A stretch of DNA of 64,000 bases from an uncultured bacterium (lineage in GTDB: Bacteria; Omnitrophota; Omnitrophia; Omnitrophales; Aquincolibacteriaceae), in the NCBI GenBank assembly GCA_964410905.1, contig CAYPIR010000003.1, positions 15,986-79,985 on the forward strand. Reading direction: 5' to 3'. The notes beneath the pieces are model-generated. The model made no database searches and was not told where the DNA came from. It saw nothing but the letters and a program-made list of their open reading frames with translations. Position numbers and translations under genes: made by a program. How positions within the stretch are numbered: position 1 is the stretch's first letter; each line of letters starts with the position of its first letter. This document shows positions 32,040 to 40,900 of the stretch, one piece after another.

Positions 32040-33914
32040 TTATTTTGATGGAGAAAAACGTTTCGTTCTATCAAAAAACAAAACCCGCGCTTCGCGAATT
32101 GTTTTTACACTAATTGGTTTATTTATTTTTAAAGATATTTCAAATTGCCCATTTCGCGGCCATTGTTTCACGCGAACTCCATCGCCAGATTCAGTATGAA
32201 ATAAAATCTCCATAGGCGCATCAAAAAATCCTACGCCTCGAACAAACAAATCCCTCCCCTCAGCGCAAATGACTGCACGCTCGGCTCCTCCTCCCGAAGG
32301 TTCCAGAAAAATGCATTTGTCATTCTCATTTATTTTAGAAAATTTTTTGATTCTCGCGCGCTCCACAACAAGCGGTCCGACATCCCGCGAGACATCCCGC
32401 GTATTTTTTGTTTTTTCATTATGCGTAAAAACGACTTGCCCGTCTTCAATCGCGTAAGCCAGCCGTTCTAAAAAAATAGGCGCTTGCGAGGTTTCCGCGT
32501 CCTCCGGTTTGGTCTCTTCAAAAAGGCTGACGGACATTCCAGAATAAAATCTCACAGCATTTGTATAAACATGGAAAAGATATGTTGCTTCATCTTCGCT
32601 ATGGAAAAAATATTCTTTGGGATGCGCTGGATAATAATCCCCTGCCCAAACTAACCTTTTTCCGCCCTCATTTATACTTTTGGCATAATCCGCCGCGTCT
32701 TGAACAAATGTAGAATGATAGAAAGGGTCTTGAAACTTCAGCATTTCTCTGCCCGCGCGAACAAAAGAAATGCCGAGAATACAAACTACAATAAAAACCG
32801 TTATGGGATAAATCGGCTTCAAAATTTTACGTTTAAAAAAATCGGCCTCAAAAGTCTTTATTTTAATAATTCCAACTATCACAAAAAAATAAATAGCGGG
32901 ATATATCGGGAAAAAGAAGCGCGCCTCTTTGTGCTGCATAAAATGTCCGTGGAATAAAAACCATAAAAAAATCCAAACAATAAAAAACCTGCTATGAAAA
33001 CTTTGTTTTCTAAAACTTGCCGCGACCCCAATCATAGCTAAAACGCTCGCGAGTCCGCCAAATGACTTCCAAATAAACGCGTATCCTTCCCACCAAGTTT
33101 CTTGGTAACTATTTAAAATCCGCATATGCGAAAACGTTTCGGCAAAAAACAATATCGGCGCGAATGTCCAAGATGTTCTTCCGGAAATGCCATAAGCGAG
33201 AGTCGGAAAAATCACGGCAATAAGTGTGGCCAAGACGGCATAAAGAGAAATTACAAAAATATTTTTAACAGGAAATGCTCTTATATTTTTCCCCGTTATA
33301 AAAAACTCCCATATTTCCGTTAAGAAAAAAATACCGGGCATCAGCGCCATAAAATTATGTCTGGTTGCTATGCCGACTCCCGCCCACAAAATCGATATCC
33401 AAAAAAACAGTCCGCGGGTTGTCTTTTTCCATTTAAGATAATAGACAAAAGCCATCACAAGCAAAAAAACTCCTACAATGTCCTCTTTCGGAAACGGCGC
33501 GGAGTGTATAAGAAGCGGATTGAGCGCGAAAAGGGTTATGCCGAAAACCGCCCAAAATCTACTGAGTTGAAACCTGAATAATCTATAAACACCGCAAACG
33601 GCTCCTATAAAAAACGCGACCTCGGCAATGCGGGACAAAAGAAGCTGCAGGTATTGAATGCGCGTAATATTTTCTATGAAAAGAAATAACGCGTATAGGA
33701 GAGATAAAAATGGAGTGCTTCTGTAATAGTAAGGGAATTCATAACCGAAGAGGATTTGTCTGGCGTTTAAAAAAAGACCAAACGCATCAAAATTATCAAC
33801 GCGAAGAATTGCCGCGACCCAGACTAAATAAGAAAATAGAAAAAGCAAAACACCGATAAAGCCATAACAAATTATGTTCTGAAATCGTGAAGTGAATGAA
33901 ATCTTTAAATTCAT
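32040..33914 (-). CDS. polytopic membrane protein, putative GT-C glycosyltransferase (ArnT/PMT-like) with a C-terminal soluble domain
   Basis: ~12 TM, DNFD in the first loop, ~200-aa C-terminal periplasmic-type domain. ATG abuts the stop of the upstream GT2 gene. Confidence 0.5.
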   Translation of the reverse strand: MNLKISFTSRFQNIICYGFIGVLLFLFSYLVWVAAILRVDNFDAFGLFLNARQILFGYEFPYYYRSTPFLSLLYALFLFIENITRIQYLQLLLSRIAEVAFFIGAVCGVYRLFRFQLSRFWAVFGITLFALNPLLIHSAPFPKEDIVGVFLLVMAFVYYLKWKKTTRGLFFWISILWAGVGIATRHNFMALMPGIFFLTEIWEFFITGKNIRAFPVKNIFVISLYAVLATLIAVIFPTLAYGISGRTSWTFAPILFFAETFSHMRILNSYQETWWEGYAFIWKSFGGLASVLAMIGVAASFRKQSFHSRFFIVWIFLWFLFHGHFMQHKEARFFFPIYPAIYFFVIVGIIKIKTFEADFFKRKILKPIYPITVFIVVCILGISFVRAGREMLKFQDPFYHSTFVQDAADYAKSINEGGKRLVWAGDYYPAHPKEYFFHSEDEATYLFHVYTNAVRFYSGMSVSLFEETKPEDAETSQAPIFLERLAYAIEDGQVVFTHNEKTKNTRDVSRDVGPLVVERARIKKFSKINENDKCIFLEPSGGGAERAVICAEGRDLFVRGVGFFDAPMEILFHTESGDGVRVKQWPRNGQFEISLKINKPISVKTIREARVLFFDRTKRFSPSK

Positions 33915-34841
33915 TTATGACAAGTTCTGGTTTTCGTCGTCCGACTTTCGTAAAATCATCTCGGACAAAAGTCCAAAAAATATGCTTTGAAGTCCGCCCA
34001 AAAAAAGCGTGAATCCCAAAAACATATAAGGATAGTGCGGCGCGATTTCTCCGCCAAAACACTTAATTAAAAAAAGATGCCCATTTATTATGCCGCCGAT
34101 AATAAGAAACAGAAAACCGATGGCACTAAAAAATCTGGCCGGTTTTAGTCCATAACGCATTAAAAAAGAAACGGTTAGAAGGTCAACAAACATTCCCCAC
34201 GCCCGCGCCGCGCCGAATTTGGACTTACCGAATTTTCTAGCGCGATGTTCAACGGGAGACTCGGCAACAGAAAAACCTTTACGAAAAACAACCGCCGGAA
34301 TAAATCTATGCATCTCGCCATAGAGAGTAATGCTTTTGGCAACTTCCGCGCCGCACAGCTTTATGCCGCAATTAAAATCATGGAACTTAAGACCCGTCGC
34401 GAATCTTGTAAAAAAATTGAACAGCGCCGAAGATAAAATTTTATGCCAAGGATCGTTTCTCAACTTTCTCCAACCGTTAACGAAATCCACATTTTGCGAT
34501 TGTTTAGCGTCAAATAAATTTAAAAGTTCCATGGGGACGTCTTGCAAATCAGCGTCTAAAGTCGCGATATAATTACCGCGCGCCAGAGCAAATCCTCGAT
34601 TTAACGCCTCAGATTTCCCGCGCCGTGAACCAAACACTTCTACTTTAATTCGCGCATCATTTTTAGAAATATTTTTTAAAATAGAAACGCTTTTGTCCGA
34701 ACTGCCATCATCTATGAAAATAATTTCAAAGGAATAATTTCCAGACTCCATGGCTTGCTTGATTTCGTCCGTCAAAAGCTGAAGAGAGTCTTGTTCATTC
34801 AAGACAGGGACGATTATGGAGAATTCAATTTTAGATGTCAT
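33915..34841 (-). CDS. polyprenyl-phosphate sugar synthase, GT2 (GtrB/ArnC/DPM1-like)
   Basis: SIIVPVLNE, FIDDGSSD and DADLQD motifs, plus two C-terminal TM helices typical of GtrB/ArnC. Confidence 0.8.
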   Translation of the reverse strand: MTSKIEFSIIVPVLNEQDSLQLLTDEIKQAMESGNYSFEIIFIDDGSSDKSVSILKNISKNDARIKVEVFGSRRGKSEALNRGFALARGNYIATLDADLQDVPMELLNLFDAKQSQNVDFVNGWRKLRNDPWHKILSSALFNFFTRFATGLKFHDFNCGIKLCGAEVAKSITLYGEMHRFIPAVVFRKGFSVAESPVEHRARKFGKSKFGAARAWGMFVDLLTVSFLMRYGLKPARFFSAIGFLFLIIGGIINGHLFLIKCFGGEIAPHYPYMFLGFTLFLGGLQSIFFGLLSEMILRKSDDENQNLS

Positions 34842-34900
34842 GATTGGTCATTCTACAAGAAACATAAGCAATGCCGCAACAAACTAAAATTGGTCTGCAG

Positions 34901-37900
34901 CTATGCTGATTTTGATATAGCGCCAAGAGCGAGTGCCGATATTTGAAGATTAGTGAATAAAAGTTCTGACGCGGATTGAACCGTTTTAGGCAATTCTTTC
35001 GAAGTAATAAGTTTGTCAATAGCAGCAAGAAAAGCATATGAGCGCATATCGATAGACAAGTCATCCGCTACTATCAATGTTTCATTTCGCAAAAGAGTAG
35101 AAGCTAACTTTTCTAAATTAGGACGCGCGTCTCGCCGCGCGTCATAGACAAGCGTTCTGATAATTTCTCCTTTAATAAAACCGCTAAGCGCGTTCACATC
35201 ATCCGTAACAGAAACCTTTACTCCTTTCCCTTTATTTTGCTGCGATTTTCTGACCGCCATAACTTGTCTGACAAAATTCCGTTCAAGCTCCCGCGCTTCA
35301 ACTTTAGAAATATTAGGTATCAATATTTGTATTTCTATCCCAGGTTTATCGGCAAGTAGCTGCTCCATTATTCGCATCAAAGAGTCATTCAGCGACGGCT
35401 TTTCATCCATCGCGATTGAAATTTTTAGGACATCCGTTTCGCTCTTATTTAGTATTTCGCGTGTTATATCTTCCGCCACCGCATCGCGTTCTTTATCAAC
35501 CCAAGCACCCGTCACAACCTCAGAATAAAACTTTTGCCATCCATTAGACGACATCGCATCAACTTCGCTTTGTCTAAAAACTCCTTTAGCAAACACGACC
35601 GTTACTTCTTTGCCAACTTGAGTTCCTCCGCGGCTTTCTGAGCGCGATAACTCAACAAAGTCTTGTAATGCGGAAGCCATCATCATATTCCCCAAAAAAC
35701 TCATCATAGGAATTACTGTTTCATTAAATTCCGATACGGCTTCTTCCGCGCGATTTCGCATAATTTCCGATTTAGAAAAAATATCGTTTATTTGATCAAA
35801 CAAATCTTCTCTTTCAGGTTCAGTAGCGTGAAACTTATTTAGCAGCTGCACCGCCGTTTTGTTGCTGTCCCAATTCTTTCCCATATGTATTGAAGGAACG
35901 CTCTGGCTTGTGGGCTCAAGCAAGTTATGATTTTCTCCCACTATTACCAACCTTGCCACGCCCAAAATCGGCAAAAGTTCTCCTGCTGTTTCAAGTCCAA
36001 TAATATCCGCGTTTCCCATCGGCTCGCCCTCGGCAAGCCCATTAAATCTTTTGGATTTTGCTCTATCTCCAATTCTGCGAAACTTTATTTTGCTGTCAGA
36101 AAGTCCATATTTTCCTGCTGTTTTCAGCAAAAATTCTTCTACCATTTTACCGCCATGCCTAACTCCCATAATTAAAAGAGGCTTTTGTTCTTTGGGAAAT
36201 TTTGCATACGCTTGAAAAATTTTTTCTATTTCTACATTGTTGGGGCTTGAGGCGACAATAATTATTCTGTCCGCGGAAACTCCCATTATTTTTCGAATTT
36301 CCTCATGTTTCTCATCTGAAATTTTTTGAGGCAAAACATATTTATATGGATCATGAGGGAGAATCAAACGCTCGTCATGAGACTTTCCAAAAAAAGGCGC
36401 ATTGCTAAAACTAATAGCTATTTCATTTTTCTTTCTCGCTGCGCTTTTAGATCTTATGTCATATCCAAGAAAACTTTCTTTAATTAGCCTTTCATTGACC
36501 TCTCCGCCATAAGTCAGAATAACTTGTTTTTCGCTAAGTCCTGTGGCCTTGATAAATCCACGCGTGGAGTTTATCGCCGCGACTTCGGGTATATCAAAAG
36601 TAATTTTAATGTTCTCTTCGTCAAGTCGTTTTATGATTTGAAATCCATGTCGCTTGATATTTTTAAAATCTACATCTTTTCGCATCGCCAGCCCCAGCAC
36701 TTTAGCGACTTCGATTGGATACGCGGCAAACCAATCTCTAATTTGCTTCATATCAAAACCCGCGTAATGAAGCGAATCTACTGCGTCAGCAAAACTAGGC
36801 TCTTTTAAAGAGGCTTCAAAGGAGTTGCTAAACTCTCTCGGCGGATTATTTCTCAAAGCTTCTATAAGAGCTGTTCTCCCCAGCGAATTTCGCGCACCAA
36901 GCCTGGCAATAGTGTTTACCGCCTCGGAAGACCGCAAAAATTTTTCAAAAATATTTTTCATAGAATCTTTTATATAATCCGCAACAAATTGCCCTTCTTC
37001 CAAAGAATCCAACCAAAGTTGTTCTATTTCTGTTTGCAAATCGTTGCCGTTATTTATTCTTTCTTCACTACGGCTTACATCGCCTCGCTCGCCATTAAAA
37101 TATTTATTCCATATGTCAGAGCGAACAAAAAGCAAGGCGCTATACTTGCCCCCAAAGGGCTTGGCGATATCAAAGCCATCTATTTTCGCAGCCACGGCAC
37201 TTTCATCACCTAACTTGTCATAAAATTCATCCAAAACAAACGCAAAATCAGAAATGCCTGTTGTTAAAATCATCGCAGGCTTAAGCCGCATAATTTCTTC
37301 TAAAAATGACAGACCATAGTCATACGCAATATTCATAACAACAATAGGATTTTTCCATTCCTCTGGATTGACTTCCCCAGAATCAATCCCCTCGCCAAGA
37401 TATTTCACTATTTGAAACTGAGAGGCTTCCAAACCATTATTTTTAAGATTAGCGACAAGAGATTTTCGTTTCCTCGCGCCCGGCTCTACATATAAAACTT
37501 TTTTAGGATTATTAAACGCAAGCCCCAATTTCCCGTCATCTGCTCCAAAATCAACTACAGAAAAATTATTTGTAAGCGATGCTATTTTTTGAATTAACGA
37601 TAAAGCAATATGCGTTGACGCAATTGGCGTTTCAATGACATCTCCTTCGCGATCTGTTTCCTCTATGCCTTCATCCTTTTCTCTTCCAAGGACTTCTTTA
37701 ACGGCATAATCGGAAACTCCAAATCCGGGAGACTCCAGCGAGATAAATTTCATGTGCGGGTATTTTCCATGCAGATTCTCAGCAATCGCTCTTGTCTCTC
37801 GTTGTTCTCTATAATAGACAATATCACCATGCCGTCTAAATAACACTACGCGACGACCTTCTAAATCTCCTTCGATAAATTCCAGCGGAATGATTTTCAT

Positions 37901-40900
37901 ATTGTCCTGAGCGGGCGGGTAAAAATCAGCAGCAACATTTTCAAATTTTTCTCGAGCAAGGTTTAAAAAATCATTCATAGGGTTTTCAGTATCTTCGCGA
38001 AGAACTTCCTCAAATAATTTTTGTCTTGTAGATTGAACCAAACCTTTAGAACCAAAAATATTACGCTCAGAATAATTAGAATTTTCAACCGACTTCCTCG
38101 CTTGTCTAATTTCATGTTTTGCTTCGTCTATATTCTCAAATGGTGAAATGTCCAGCATTTCGCTTCGGCCATCATCGCGTTGTATATTTTTAAAATATTT
38201 TTCTAAAGCGTCGCGGAATTCATCTTTATACCGAGCCGGCGCGTAAATCGGCGTCGAATATGAGCCATTGATTAGTTTTACAGGAATGTTTTGTTCACGC
38301 AAAAATTCAAATATTCCTTTTATCTGTTTCTCTATGTTTCCTTTTGAAGGAAGATTAACCACATCCGTTGTCCATTGCCCGTCCCTAGCAAAAAAATCCA
38401 TATCAATCGAGACAATAACTCCTTGCTTTAGCCCCTCAGAATGCTTTGCTATGACAGATTTCCAATCACTTGTCATTGCCGCAAAATCTTTTTCATCGCC
38501 TAAAAGACTTCTGCCTTCGCTTGGGTAAAACCAAAATGCTTCACCGACATCGCCTTCCTTCAACAAAGATGTCACCCAATTAGACAAATCAATGCCGTTA
38601 ATTAATTTAGGAGAATTATCGCTGTGATAATCAAAAAGAAGCATGGGCAGCCCTTTAGAAATTATTCCGTTTTGAACGCCATAATGAATTTGGTTGTAGG
38701 CTCCATCGTGGTTACTCGTAATTTCAAAGATGTTGTTGTTCAATTCACTGGCTCGTGTTTCACTTCTAACAGTGCTAGTCAACATAGAATCGTCTGTTTC
38801 CCGCAACGCTAACAATATCGTTGCTTTTGCCGCGATTTTCATTAATGGAAATTCTACATTTTTAAAGTCATCGACCGCCTGTCGTATGTTCTCTTGTATT
38901 TGTTCTGAATGGTTAAGCGTGGAGTTTATTTGATTAAAAAAATCTCTTTCATTTACGACTTGGACAGCGTTAAACGCACCTAAAATATTTATTGCGCTTC
39001 GGTTATTTGTCCAATTTCCGTCAAAGAAAAGCGTGGGAACCTCTTGGCTCATAGGCTCAAACAAATTACGATTTTCTCCCACTATTGCCAAATCCGCCAC
39101 CGCAAAAAAAGATCTCAACTCACCTTGCGTGTTCAAAATAACTATGTCCGCGTCGCCCATCGGGACCTCTTCGGCAGTTCCATTAAAAGACCCACCTGGT
39201 AACATATCTTTTTCAGATCTGACGCGGATCTTATTTCTTCCGAGCTCAATTTTGCCCATATCCCCTTTAAGAATATCATTAACCAAAGTAGCCTTAGTAT
39301 TGCGCATGCCGACAATTAAAAGTGGTCGTTCGTTTTCGGGATACTCGCTATACGCTTTAATGGTTTTTTTGAGCTCTTCATTTTTCGGGCTTGACAGTAT
39401 TATTATTTTTCTGTTCGGTAAAACTTCCATTTTCTCACGAAGAATTTTGCGCTCCTCAGCCGAAATTTTTTGAGGCAAGGCATATTTATAAGGGTCATAA
39501 GGAATAAACATCGAGGGGAGAATACTAATAACTCTTTCTCCGTCATGAAACGCCGCGACAATTTCGTTCGCGGGATTAAGTTTCCCTCTAATAAATTCTC
39601 TAACTCTAAAATCGGGGAAATTATCTTTTAACATTTTTATGGAAACCTCTCTGTCAGCCAACAAAACAGCTTTTCTCGCATCTATGTTTGCCGCGTTCAA
39701 AAAGCCACGAATGGCGTTCATTGATGCGGCTTCATACACTTGAAATAAAATTGTTTTACTAGTTTTATTCAAACGCTTTGCCAAACTTCTCTCATCGCGC
39801 AATATCTCTATTACCTTTTTCTTGTCTCCTTTGAAAAACAAAAGAAATTCAGTAATTTGGCTTATTGTCTGACGTAACGCGCCGTTTAAATTTGTCTCAC
39901 TGCTGCGGTTTAAAATCTCCTCGCCAACCAAAATTTTTAAGATTTCCCAAGCCTTAGAAAAAAGATCAAAGCCAATGTCTCCATCTATAAAAAGCAAAAA
40001 CTCCGCCACATCAAATGGATTTTGTTTAAAAATTTTTTGAATATCAAAGCCCAAAACTTCTATGACTTTTCCCATTGTTTTAGAAAAAGAAAGAGAATAT
40101 AAAAAATTTTTCACTTCTAATGGAGCTTTAATGAAAGCGGCTTGAATTGTATCAGCGTCCAAAACTTCCGTATTATCAAGGTAAGTAAAGCGCGGCTTCT
40201 TACGTGACGTTTCATGAGAGAATGAAAACAACGCTTTTAAAAATACATCGCGAGATGTCTTAATTGATTCCCTAACAGTCTCCAAACCTAAGACCTTGTG
40301 TTTCGTAAGCTCGCGTAAAGCGTCAAAAACTAATAAACCATAGGAAAAATTATCAACGGAAATGCTTTCCACCATTTTAAAAAATAAAGCCGTATCCGCA
40401 CCTAATATTTCGCATAAAAAATCCGCCCCCAAAATATCCGCTAATTCTTTTAAGGTTTCTACATCTGCCGTCTTTATTTCCGGAAAATCCTTTGCCATAT
40501 ACATGGAAGTTGCTGCTATCAAATCTTCTACGGTTTTCCGCGTTTCACTTCGTGGGCGTTGAGCTTTTTCTAAGTATTTTTGCGCGACATCTTTTCGGAC
40601 AAACAAAACAGCTCGATAATTTCCTTGATTTGGTATTTCAAAAAAGTGTCCGCCTGAAGCAATAATTTGCGGCTGATATGAAGTCGCGAGCATTTCCTTT
40701 TGGGCGTCTTTGGCAAAAAGACTTCCAAAAATATCTTCGTATCCAAGATGAGAAAAATATTCGTGTCCCGTTGTAAGAACCATCGCGGGCTGAAGTTTTT
40801 TTATTGTTTCCAAATATCCGCCGCCGTAATCATAGGCAACATTCATTACGACAAATGCATCTTTCCAATCTTTCGGATTAATATCGTCTTCCAAAGACGC

